Shown here piece after piece: positions 1-13,344 of a DNA stretch of 64,000 bases (position 1 is the stretch's first letter; every line of letters starts with the position of its first letter). The stretch is from positions 22,444,001-22,508,000 of the forward strand of contig OZ024748.1 of NCBI GenBank assembly GCA_964016885.1, written 5' to 3'. Under the pieces are notes generated by a model. It did not search any database. It was given only the letters and a program-made list of their open reading frames with translations, and was not told the origin of the DNA. Origin of the DNA: Eledone cirrhosa. Taxonomy: Eukaryota. The position numbers were made by a program, and so were the translations under genes.

Positions 1-492
1 CACCACCAACACCACCAACACCACCAACACCACACCACCACCAACACCACCAACAACACCACCAACACCACCACCACCACCACCACCAACACCACCAACA
101 CCACCCACACCACCAACACCACAACACCACCACCACTACTATCACCACCACCACCACCACCACCACCACCAGCAATACCACCACCAACACCACCAACACC
201 ACCAACACCACCACCACAACACCACCACCACCACCACCAACACCACCAACACCACCAACACCACCAACACCACAACACCACCACCACAACACCACTACCA
301 TCACCACCACCACCACCACCACCACCACCACCAGCAATACCACCACCAACACCACCACCACCAATACCAGCACAACACCACCACCACCAACACCACCAAC
401 ACCACCACCACCACCACCACAACAACACCACCAACACCATCAACACCACCACCACCACCACCACCAGCTAACAACAACAATAACAACAACAC
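1..492. repeat. (CAC/CAA)n degenerate trinucleotide microsatellite
   Basis: Continuous caccac/caacac run from the window start, ending in (aac)n. Confidence 0.95.
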
Positions 493-859
493 GCCATGAC
501 ATCAACACACATGGGTATTGCCATCACACCACCATTAAAACATACCACTGTGAAACGTTACAAGCCCTGTCTTCTCTTCCGCTTTAACTCTCCTGTTAAA
601 TCAGATAGCAAAAACGGCGACGGTTTAAGTTTGCTTTATGTGTGGTATGATCAAACCCGATGTTTTGAAGAGGGTAGGAGGGAGGCCTACACCACACCCA
701 CATTTTCCTAGCCACCTCTTCCCCCTACTCACACATAGGTTATAGTCCTGATCACGTGACATGGTACTTTGCGGTAGTCGTTACCATATAAATTACATCT
801 CAAATTCACCGTGATTTTTGACAGCTATTTTTTTTTTTTTGCTCAGACAGTTTTTGTGT

Positions 860-892
860 ATAGATATGTATATACATACACTACACACACAG

Positions 893-923
<31 letters not shown>

Positions 924-930
924 ATTATAT

Positions 931-1025
<95 letters not shown>

Positions 1026-1043
1026 TTATATATATTATTTATG

Positions 1044-1074
<31 letters not shown>

Positions 1075-1192
1075 ATATATTGTACGTATATATATATATA
1101 TATATATATAGATATATATAGATATACATACATACATATAATATATATGTGTACATATAAATATATATATATTATATATATACACACACATA

Positions 1193-1250
<58 letters not shown>

Positions 1251-1486
1251 GTATATATATATAGATATATATATTAGATATACATACATACATATAATAT
1301 ATGTGTACATATAAATATATATATATATATTATATATATATATATATATAATATATATATATATATATACACTCACACACACAACACATATATATATATA
1401 ATATATATATATCTATATGTATCTATATATATATATGAATATATATCTATATATATATGAATACATACATGTATATATATGTATGC

Positions 1487-1525
<39 letters not shown>
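860..1525. repeat. (TA)n-rich microsatellite block (one of many in the window)
   Basis: Direct reading. Similar blocks lie at about 5320-6900, 7420-7650, 19250-19460, 20750-21010, 26335-26675, 48075-48263 and 51505-51795. Confidence 0.95.
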
Positions 1526-1526
<1 letters not shown>

Positions 1527-1935
1527 GCTTGGATTCTAGGTTTATGTAATAAATACATAAAAATGCACTGAATGAAAGACTCTTATACGGTATTTAGACC
1601 CAAAACAATATTAATATTAACCGAGAGTGTAACTTTGATAATTCTGCTGTACAACTGGTTTCTGCTGGTTTGAGAAGCCTGGAGTATCGAAAAAACTATC
1701 ACTCTTTATATATATATATATATATTGACCTGTTTTGCTTGCCTCATCTTTTTGGCTTCTTGGTTGATGCTTCTTGACCGCCATCTCAGTTTGTTTGGCC
1801 TTTATAACCTATGTTTATTGCTCTGGTCTTTATTTGGTCCATGGAGCGCTTGCCAGTATAACTCGGATATTGCGTTTCGCTTTGTTTTCGACCACAGCCG
1901 AAATTCGATCTCGCTGAAATTATATTTTTATATAT

Positions 1936-1970
<35 letters not shown>

Positions 1971-2149
1971 AGTTTTATAGTTATCTGTAATTATAATTAA
2001 GCAAATTAGTCGTGATTGTAAAGGTACGTAACTACTTTTCTTTATGTAAATATCTACTTACTAATCTGTAGGCTCCATTAGACTGTACCTTTGTTACCGA
2101 GGTCGAATAGAACGAAACATGTCACCTTTCCAATGACATGGGGCGAGAT

Positions 2150-2385
2150 TTGGACTCAGATCGCAAAACAACGAAACAGATATTGCAAAGGACATCGTCC
2201 GGTTTTTTTAACGATATCTCTAATCCATTTCCTCTTGATTGGCAGCACTTTATATATATTGATCTTGAATGGATGAAAGGCACAAATAACTTCGACAGGT
2301 TTTGAACACAGACCGCAGAGAATAGCAGCACATTCCGAGGAATTTAATCCGACGCTCTAATGACTCCGCCAATTGGCCACCTTGA
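2150..2385 (-). mobile_element. Degenerate SINE family 1 copy
   Basis: ccgacgctctaatgactccgccaattggccacc is a diverged reverse complement of the SINE-1 head. ggatgaaaggcacaaataacttcgacaggttttgaac matches the SINE-1 core. Confidence 0.55.
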
Positions 2386-2603
2386 GAAACTTATAGCTAA
2401 GTATTCTCTAACTTATATTTACGTTTTCTCTCGCCAACTCAGAGCAAGATTTCAATGAATTAATGTTTCATTCTCTACGACATTCAGTACATTTACTTTC
2501 GAAATGAACCAACCAAATGTATGTCTACACACAAAACATGTTCACACATCCATAAATTTCATTGACAATCGAAAATATATTTATCATAAATATACACATA
2601 CAC

Positions 2604-2683
<80 letters not shown>

Positions 2684-2785
2684 TTTAAAATGTAGGTATG
2701 TATATATGTGTGTAGTATGTATATTCAGAGAAAGATACACGAACACACCCATATATATATGGGTGTGTGTATATGTGTATATATG

Positions 2786-2860
<75 letters not shown>

Positions 2861-3419
2861 GATTTGAAAGATAGATAGATTCTTCATATTGCTGTAAAAC
2901 TGTAAGATGTATTTTCTTTTAAACAAATAAACCAATAGTAAGAAAGGCCACGCTTGAGTTGAGGCAAATTAGAACTCTCCACAGATATACTGATAAAATC
3001 TTAACTTTAAAGATATTTACTGCCGTGAGGACCAATCATAGAGCAGCATTGAGGAAGGGGCATCACTAGTGTTGATGTGTGAGACACGCCCCACACACAC
3101 TCATACATACTCACACACATACACACACACACACACACTCATACACACACACTCATACACACACTCATACACACACACACACACACACACACTCATACAT
3201 ACTCACACACATACACACACACACACACACACTCATACACACACACACACACACTCATACACACTCATACACATACACACACACTCATGCATCCTGTTCC
3301 GCCAACGTCAACCTTAGATTCAACGGGTACAATAAGGAGAATCCTGAATGTAAGATCTTACAATGAATGACTGAAAGAAATCAACTGATTTTACACACGC
3401 ACACACACACATAAATATG

Positions 3420-3454
<35 letters not shown>

Positions 3455-3533
3455 ACTTATATACATTTGTTTTCTTTAATTGAACTACATTTTATTTTCT
3501 GTATCTATCCTTTGTGTTCATGTCTCTATTTTT

Positions 3534-3572
3534 GTACTCCTGAAGAAGGGCTAAAGCCCGAAACGTCGAACT
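3534..3572 (+). ncRNA. Minimal hammerhead ribozyme-like motif (PLE pLTR type)
   Basis: CTGAAGA-a-GGGC-taaa-GCCC-GAAAC-GTC: conserved core, 4-bp stem II, minimal palindromic (ACGT) stem III and a GUC site. Stem I is only partly paired. Confidence 0.65.
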
Positions 3573-4059
3573 TTCTTTCCCTTTTTCTATATAAAGCGTG
3601 AAACTAATAAGACTCTTTGCGTGTACATATATATATACAGCAAACTGAAATGAATATATATAACTGATGAGATCTAATAAGATTGGAAGTTTTCACCTGC
3701 AGATCGCTCCTCGGTACATTATCCATGTTCAACAAAACTTATATACATTGATATAACTGAAGTCACCAGACTTGCTCAGTGTTTTTAGATTCTGAACATT
3801 TTCCAAGACCCTTCATGTCTTTAAAATGGTAGAAGCCACTAAGTCGAGCGTAGTCAGTACATATTTTTTTCAAGTTAATTAATTTTCATCGATATCATTT
3901 TATCGAAACACTAGGCTACATGTCACAAAAAAACAGACCCATCCATCCACACACACACACACGCACACACAGACTTTTCATGTATGCACGTACATATGTA
4001 TGAATGTGCGTACGTATGTTTGCATGTATGCTTGTATGTATGTATGATTGCGTGTGCAA

Positions 4060-4094
<35 letters not shown>

Positions 4095-4225
4095 GATAAA
4101 TCTACCAAGAGTTTACGGTAGTGTCCAATCCGTATGAAGAACTCAATGTATTCCGGATATCATGGAAAGAAGAGATGTAATGAAAATCCACTTTCGGTGA
4201 AAGATAAACGGTATACAGAGTCAAG

Positions 4226-4319
4226 ATAAAATATTAAACAAATAATGAACAAACAATTCCTTATATTAAACAAAAAAAGTTCACTTAATATAAGGAATTG
4301 TTTGTTCATTATTTGTTTA

Positions 4320-4328
<9 letters not shown>
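4226..4328. repeat. Fold-back palindrome, 44-bp arms, at the end of a (TA)n-flanked insert (about 4091-4328)
   Basis: ataaaatattaaacaaataatgaacaaacaattccttatattaa is mirrored by ttaatataaggaattgtttgttcattatttgtttaatattttat. Confidence 0.9.
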
Positions 4329-4353
<25 letters not shown>

Positions 4354-4536
4354 ACGAAGGAAATGTGGTAAGGAACCAGGTGGACCATAACGCACCAAAG
4401 TACTCAATACTTGAGGTAGTAGAGTGGGTAATAGGAACCAGTAAGACCCCGACGGCTGAGCTCAAGCCGTTTCGACGGCTAATTCAGAATTAGCCATCGA
4501 AACGGCTTGAGCTCAGCTGTCGGGGTCTTACTGGTT

Positions 4537-4540
<4 letters not shown>
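4354..4540 (-). mobile_element. Family A (TA)n-inserted fold-back element carrying the 3' half of a hammerhead
   Basis: Arms taggaaccagtaagaccccgacggctgagctcaagccgtttcga / tcgaaacggcttgagctcagctgtcggggtcttactggttccta. The motif is GAAAC-GGCT-tgagctc-AGCC-GTC. (TA)n lies on both sides. Confidence 0.8.
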
Positions 4541-4588
<48 letters not shown>

Positions 4589-4603
4589 TATATGAATATA
4601 TAT

Positions 4604-4702
4604 ATAAACGGAAAAAATGAAACGAAATTTCATTTCCCACTCTTAGTACGGCTGTTACTTAAATATAAGTATGTACAATTTCGTTTCATTTTTTCCGTTT
4701 AT
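4604..4702. repeat. Inverted repeat, 26-bp arms, beside (TA)n
   Basis: ataaacggaaaaaatgaaacgaaatt ... aatttcgtttcattttttccgtttat. Confidence 0.85.
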
Positions 4703-5671
4703 CGTTTTCGGTGCACCCGGCCGATTAACCCACTCGATATGCAAATTGGGCTACTCAGCCGTTAATATGCATAAGGTAAGTATATACGTTCAACAATCTG
4801 GCAGGAAGGTATACGTTGCTGACGATAGCTAATAAGCTTGAAACTAGTACAGCGTTCCTTTGTCAGTATTGAACAAACGAGCAACGATGGTTGGTGGACA
4901 CTACGGCTTAATACGGGATGTTTGTTTACAAACACACCGAGCATTATAATAAATGTTCGGTGAATCCATACGTAAATATATATATATGTGTGCATGTATG
5001 TATATGTATATATACATACTACTGTACGTCTGTATACATATATGTATGTACGTGTACATACTAATATATATATATATATATATATATATGTATACACACA
5101 TATCCCTGATCTTATATATATATATATATATAAACAAGCAGAACATTGCTTATTGTGATCCAGTTCGTGGTTAAGAAAGCCAGTTTCATGGACGGCTTCA
5201 ACGTACGGTTAGGGGTAACTCCACAAGTTTGTAAGAATTCCGTTCAATCTTGGAGTATAAAGTATAAAAGAGAAAACACAGGTAAGCATTAAAAAAAAGG
5301 ATTTTATCCAGGTATTTGTAAATATATATATATATATATGTATGTATATATGTATATATGTATGTATATATGTATATATATATATATATATTAAGGGATA
5401 CGCAACACTAATAAATCTGCTGCATTCAACTCTTCGGTGGGTTTATCTCAGCAGTTATCTTCCCTTTTGTGTGTACTGTTCTGATGGGCTACTAAGTAGC
5501 GTTACAATCACCTTAACACACACACACACACACGCAATCTCTCACTCACTCATACACACACACACACACACACACACATGTATATATATATATATAAACA
5601 TATCTATCTATCTCTATATATATACACACACACATGTAAATATATATACATATCTATATATCTATCTATAT

Positions 5672-5790
<119 letters not shown>

Positions 5791-5865
5791 GGTGTGGGTG
5801 CAAACGAATGAAAAGAGCAATGAACACATGATATGGAACTTGAGTATTATATATATATATATGTG

Positions 5866-5900
<35 letters not shown>

Positions 5901-5915
5901 GTATATGTATATATA

Positions 5916-5966
<51 letters not shown>

Positions 5967-5979
5967 ATATATATATATA

Positions 5980-6084
<105 letters not shown>

Positions 6085-6237
6085 ACATACATATACATAT
6101 ATACGGTATATATGAAATGCGTATATTCCTTACATACTCCGTTTATTATATACCACACACCCAGATACGGACGTACAATATTTTCATATCTATTCATCTA
6201 TCTCTCCAGATATGTATTTATCGATCAATGTATCTTT

Positions 6238-6321
<84 letters not shown>

Positions 6322-6324
6322 ATT

Positions 6325-6368
<44 letters not shown>

Positions 6369-6417
6369 CATACATATATACATATATATATATGTGTATT
6401 TGAATATATATGTGTAT

Positions 6418-6496
<79 letters not shown>

Positions 6497-6526
6497 TACA
6501 TATATATATATACATATATATATATA

Positions 6527-6565
<39 letters not shown>

Positions 6566-6569
6566 TTGA

Positions 6570-6612
<43 letters not shown>

Positions 6613-6619
6613 CATACAC

Positions 6620-6688
<69 letters not shown>

Positions 6689-6830
6689 TATGTATATATA
6701 TATATATATATATAATGTCTCATATTCTCTTTTTTTTTACGCCCTGGTGGGCAGACTCGGCCACACAAGACTGGATATGTATTAATATACTCGCACGCGC
6801 AAATACACAAAAACATACACATACCTGGCT

Positions 6831-6896
<66 letters not shown>

Positions 6897-6899
<3 letters not shown>

Positions 6900-7080
6900 T
6901 TAATATAGATGAGATTCTACAGGACTAGAACTGTTTCATTCTTTAGAAATCATCAGATGATTTCTAAAGAATGAAACAGTTCTAGTCCTGTAGAATCTCA
7001 TCTATATTAAAACTTTTATACTCTGCAATGTATTGAGTACCTTACTTACTGTGGTTACCTCCGATTCAACCCGGAATAAC
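6897..7080 (+). mobile_element. Family B (TA)n-inserted fold-back element with hammerhead core
   Basis: Perfect palindrome 6897-7013 centred on tcatc-a-gatga. The minus strand reads CTGATGA-tttct-aa-agaat-GAAAC-AG-ttctagtc-CT-GTA-gaatc. The unique tail runs gtattgagtac...tccgattcaacccgga. Confidence 0.8.
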
Positions 7081-7129
<49 letters not shown>

Positions 7130-7203
7130 TGGAGGTGTATGTTTAAAGCTGCGCGTGCGCTTCTGTGTATTTATATACATAGGAACACACTGTTAGCCAG
7201 ATT

Positions 7204-7289
<86 letters not shown>

Positions 7290-7418
7290 GCTGTCGAAAC
7301 GGCCGAAGCTCTGGCGTCGAGGTCCTGACTCCTTTTATATTGCCCACTCTACTACCCTAAGTATTGAGTACTCTGGTGCGTTATAGTCCACCTGGTATCT
7401 TACCACACCCTCTTTGTT
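7290..7418 (+). mobile_element. Diverged family A fragment
   Basis: gtcgaaacggccgaagctctggcgtc...cccactctactaccctaagtattgagtactctggtgcgttatagtccacctgg, lying between TA runs. Confidence 0.75.
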
Positions 7419-7441
7419 ATATATATATATATATATGTGTG

Positions 7442-7543
<102 letters not shown>

Positions 7544-7576
7544 TACATACATATATATATATATATATATATACTT

Positions 7577-7627
<51 letters not shown>

Positions 7628-7859
7628 CATACTTACATATATATATATATAGTGAGAGAGATATACATACAAAAACAAAAGAAAGTTCATATATAGTTAA
7701 AGAGACAGATAGTCAGGAAGAGTAGAAGGAGTGAAAGAGGGGGAGAAATAGGAGGTATACTTCTAGGTAGAGAGACAGAGAAGGGTGGAGAGCATGACAA
7801 ACAGAGTGAGAGGGAAGAGGAGAAAGAGTGAATAAATATTATATATAATTTCTAATGCA

Positions 7860-7923
7860 GTCACAAAGCCAGCAGTATTTTCGTAAGCATTGGCGCTAGT
7901 TGACTATATATATATATACACAC

Positions 7924-8010
<87 letters not shown>

Positions 8011-8054
8011 ACAAAGCCAGCAGTATTTTCGTAAGCATTGGCGTTAGTTGACTA
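7860..8054 (+). repeat. Local direct duplication of about 45 bp plus microsatellite
   Basis: tcacaaagccagcagtattttcgtaagcattggcg(c/t)tagttgac at about 7861 and 8009. Confidence 0.85.
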
Positions 8055-8065
8055 TATATATATAT

Positions 8066-8123
<58 letters not shown>

Positions 8124-8129
<6 letters not shown>

Positions 8130-8172
8130 GGCTTCTACAGGACTAGAACTGTTTCATTCGAAGGAAATGATC
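8124..8172 (-). mobile_element. Family B fragment
   Basis: agaaatggcttctacaggactagaactgtttcattcgaaggaaat. Confidence 0.75.
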
Positions 8173-9485
8173 TCTCTCTCTATATATATATATTCAGTTT
8201 ATCCTCACCTGATATTCTGATATTCCGCTCAAACAAACACTTGGTGGGTTTTGATGTTATGCAAGGTTTTTAACAAGTATCCTTTTTCCCCACCTTGCTC
8301 CTTTTCCGGTAAATAATTTCCCCAGATAAATAATCGTTTATGGCGTGAAGGAAATAAGTGCCGTATCTTTTGACTAATGGCGTTGGTGGTTGTTGCAAGA
8401 GGTGGAACTTCTCAACTAAGTACAAACCACTGACTCAGTTTATGAAATGTTTGATAATGATTCAGGTTTATATTTTTTAATGTAATCTATTAACCAAGGC
8501 CATTGTTCCTGAAAGGAAACTTATTACTGTTCTTTCCTTTCCTCTTCTTGATTTTTTCCTAAACATTTTTCAGTCACTATATTTGGAATTTGCTCCAGAT
8601 TTTCCCAAAGCTGGAAATTTGACAATTTGTTTATACCAGATTTTCTCAGATTGATAATACAGAAATTGCTTTGTTTGCATTCCTTCATAAGGATTCTTGA
8701 ATCATACAAGCACATCGTGACAGCAGTCCATATATGAGTTATTGATTGCATCAGTTTGGTTTATCTCTAAATTTATCAGTTCGGTAATGAAGATACACTT
8801 AGACGACCTAGGTGATATTTGAATCACAGAGCTGTCCAAAATTATTAACGGTAAGATCAATTTCAACAGGCTTCTCTTTCCGTGTAAAGTCGACTCCCCA
8901 TACAGAATACATTGCTTCTGCAACTTGCCTAATTTTCCCAACCAAATATAATCGATGTGATTTGAAGAAAATATCTTATTCAAGAAGATGAATAAGATAA
9001 GTAAAATGAATAAGATAGTATAGATTAAATCAAATTAAATTTGGGATTTATAAGGGTTCAAAGAGGGGGCCACATAGCATTTGAACTTTACTCAACAATC
9101 ATCATTCATTTTTTTAGATTCTATCGAGATATAATCTAGGCTGATGAGGGTTTCACCTATTGATGGATGCGGAAAGTTTGCCTGCAGCATTAGAACAGAC
9201 AATTCATTTTTTTTTTTTTTTTACTATAGATTCTTGTGAGTGTCACCAATGATTGACAGACATACTGTGTTGTAAACAAAGTGTGTCAGAACTTATTCTA
9301 TTTCCCATAACATTTATCTAACAAGAAACAACTTTACTTCTAGTTAGAAAGGTTTGTCTCTCGTAGATTTGATCTTTGAATCTGTAGTCAATTATGACGC
9401 GTTTTTTTTTTCCTGTTTTCTTTCTTTTCTTATTCTCGTTAGTCTTTCTATTTCTTCTTCTCTCTCCCAAACATCTTCACTTCTC

Positions 9486-9521
9486 TCTTGCGATGAAGGA
9501 CTGCTGTCCGAAACGTTAAGA
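9486..9521 (+). ncRNA. Minimal hammerhead-like motif (same family as 3534 and 55571)
   Basis: tctt-gCGATGA-a-GGAC-tgct-GTCC-GAAAC-GTT-aaga, followed by cgttaaactaata as in the other two copies. The core is mutated. Confidence 0.55.
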
Positions 9522-9597
9522 CGTTAAACTAATATATATATATATATGTCATCATTGTATTGTATTGTTCTCCCGTGTATTTTCCTTGTTGACTTTT

Positions 9598-9636
<39 letters not shown>

Positions 9637-10087
9637 TTTCATAACTTTTTGTATATATATAATATATATATATATATAATGAACCACAACTAACAGTGAT
9701 GAGAATGTATCTCAACTTGATATATATTTATATGAAATCGCTAGTTTTGTGTTAGTACGTCCAGACTAGCTTACTATGTGCTAGCCAAACGTTGGTCATG
9801 GAATACCAGCCTTCGAACTTCTTGAGTGAGCGGAACTACATTTCAATGAGGCGGTCAGCTGTAGTTCTTAGTAAGCAACAGTTTTTAACAGCGATGAAGG
9901 TTAAATAATTAGCAGAGTTAATATGTAAGTATTGGTTGTGAAGGTCGAGATGATAGGTGGTTAATAAATGAAGTCTGTAGGACAGGCGACATAACTATCA
10001 GAATACCACAAGGTTCATGTTCCGTAACGAAACGGTGTTTTCACATTAACGATGACAGCACTGGTAATTATATGAGATTGTTATAAA

Positions 10088-10910
<823 letters not shown>

Positions 10911-11064
10911 GTAGTGTGTGTATGGATGTGAGTATGTATGTGTATCAGTCCAGTTCTGCCAACCTGTGTGTGTGTAGTGTGCTTGGGTGAAGGTATGTAT
11001 GTGTGCTTGTCTTTTATCGACCGTGTCATACGGTTTATATAGGTTTGTGTACGCATTAATATAA

Positions 11065-11260
11065 GGGCGGTGGATTGGCAGTATCGGTAGAGCGTCAGGC
11101 ACCATGCTGTGCGGCATGGAGTTATGACCCTTTATGTTCTGAGTTCAAATCCCGCTGAGTTCAAATTAACTTTGCCTTTCATCCTTACCCGGTCGATAAA
11201 GTACCAGTAATGCACTGGGGTATTTGCTGGCCTTGTGCCAAAAATAGAAACAATTATTAT
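11065..11260 (+). mobile_element. tRNA-derived SINE family 1
   Basis: Head ggcggtggattggcagtatcggtagagcgtc (box A-like), gagttcaaatccc (box B), core tttgcctttcatcctt..gtcgataaa..gtaccag (resembles, from memory, the Nin/Deu-type central domain), tail gctggccttgtgccaaaa.tagaaacaattatt. Confidence 0.85.
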
Positions 11261-11774
11261 AAGGCGTCTGTGTACAATTATATTACCTGCTTGTGTATAT
11301 GTGATGTAGCTGTGAAGTTCTTTCACTGTAAAGATAAAGATTTCTTAAATATGGATTATTTAGGAAAAGAGCTCAAACATTCCGGGCTGTATTACAAACA
11401 AGATTTATTAAAAGATGTAGCATAAAAAACTATTTTCCTTCATTTCTCTCATCCCTATTGTTATATATATATAAATGACAGAGTCAAGACCCCAACAGCT
11501 GAGCTCTTGCCTTTTCAACAGCTAGTTCCAAACGCATCCATTTTGATATATATATATATATATATAAGAATAACATTAAGAAAAATGCTGATGTTACATA
11601 AATCGTTTATTCATTAAAATTATTTCAACAGTTCCCTTATGCAATCCATGATGTAACGTATGCATTTGTTGTTGTTATGGGAACAGTATCTTGAGATGAA
11701 TCCGATTTTGTGACATGCCGCAGGCAAAAAACACGTCCTTCTTCTCGTGTGCCTAGCTGACATATGAGTGTTCA

Positions 11775-11840
11775 TGATTTCTCCCGAATGAAACAGTTCT
11801 AGTCCTGTAGAAGCCATTTCTATATTAACTATTTATACTC
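11775..11840 (+). mobile_element. Family B fragment
   Basis: atgatttctcccgaatgaaacagttctagtcctgtagaagccatttctatatta. Confidence 0.75.
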
Positions 11841-11841
11841 T

Positions 11842-11959
11842 GGTTAACGTATGTTGATGCCCCAAGGACAGACACTGGTCTGTTGGAGACGCAGGGCATG
11901 GCAGCGATAATGAGGGACAGAGACCGCTGGAGAGAACTCGTCCATGGATCTCGCCCTAG
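11842..11959 (+). mobile_element. RTE-type LINE 3' end fragment
   Basis: ggttaacgtatgttgatgccccaaggacagacactggtctgttggagacg... is the reverse complement of part of the 43491-43850 element and ends in (TA)n. Confidence 0.8.
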
Positions 11960-12804
11960 ATATATATATATATATAGATATATAGATATTAGACTTCCAT
12001 AGAATATTGACGTTTTCCCAACAGTATTTGAATTTGCTTACATTTTTCAGACTTCGTCTTTATGAAATGTATTGGTAAATATTAATGTTATTTAATAGAT
12101 TCTGAAGAGATTAACACATCAGGAATGAACAATTCCTGCTGTGTTAATCAAAACGTTCGTCAATCAATTAAATGATTTAATTTAATTCAAATCCTAGTTA
12201 TTTTCAATATATATGTGGGGGTGGGGTGAGAGTGGTGGGGTTGATTAGGTTATATGTAGGAAAAATTATGTAAAAGCGCAAAACAAAGATTTTTGAAGGA
12301 CGAAGGCAGTGAAAAAGGAAGAAAGAATGAGAGTGGGGAATAAAGAGATAGAAAGAAAAATTAAGAATCCTAGAAGGAGGGGGAAAGAGAGGGAATAAAA
12401 GAGTAAAACACTAGAAAGAGAAAGAATGTAAATAATATTTACAAGATTTAACGCCTGTTGGTGTAAAAATGAGAAAGATGTTTCGCAAGATTTGATGAGT
12501 CACGAGACTAAAGCAATCTATAAAGGGACAGCAGTGTGTTAGGAGAAGAGAGATAGGTTTTAGGAGAAAAGTGATTTGAGTTTAGATAGTCAGATGATGA
12601 TGGAGTGAGGTCGGAAGATTAAGAAACACGAGAGAAAATGGAAGAGAGCAGAAGGGAGAGCGATTGTGAGTGTAACTTCTTCTAAACTTATCGCAATGGA
12701 CGTTAGATCAATACTATCTCACTTGGCTTTCATATTTATTCTCTCTCTCAATATATGTGTGTGCGTGTATCTATCTATCTGACTGTCTTTATATAAATAT
12801 ATAC

Positions 12805-12867
<63 letters not shown>

Positions 12868-12879
12868 ATATATGAATTT

Positions 12880-13231
12880 AATATTGAAATTGCTTCTACA
12901 GGACTAGATGATTTCGAATGAAACAGTTCTAGTCCTGTAGAAGCCATTTCTATATTACATTTTGTATATATTCTACTAATGTATTGAGTACCTTCCTTAT
13001 TGCGGTTACTCCCGGTTGAGCTCGGGACCCATATATATATGTATATAACATAGAAATAGCTTCTACAGGACTAGAATTGTTTCATTCGAAGGAAATCATC
13101 AGGAAATCAGTAGGGGTTTTTCTGATGATTTCCTTCCTGTAGAAGCCATTTGTATATTAAATATTTAAAACTCTGCTATGTATTCAGTACGTAACTTACT
13201 GTGGTTAACCCCGATCGAACCCGGGATAAAC
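12880..13231 (+). mobile_element. Two adjacent family B fold-back elements
   Basis: 12880-13030 and 13048-13231 each contain cttctacaggactag...ctgtagaag arms. The second has ggttttt-CTGATGA-tttccttc. Both have gtatt(g/c)agtac tails ending in cccg..cggg. Confidence 0.8.
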
Positions 13232-13245
13232 ATATATATATATAC

Positions 13246-13344
<99 letters not shown>

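Noticed and set aside
4354-4540. Family A and B palindromes as classical MITEs
   Set aside because: The inverted arms are not at both termini (one side has a unique tail), spacers vary per copy and the arms contain ribozyme motifs. A retro-type fold-back fits better, though it is unproven.
8230-9000. Possible coding exons on the minus strand (for example YLVEKFHLLQQPPTPLVKRYG...)
   Set aside because: These are short open stretches with no recognisable domain and no consistent splice phase.
9141-9175. CTGATGA-gggt-ttc-acct as a hammerhead
   Set aside because: No GAAA follows directly after the stem, and no stem I or III can be identified.
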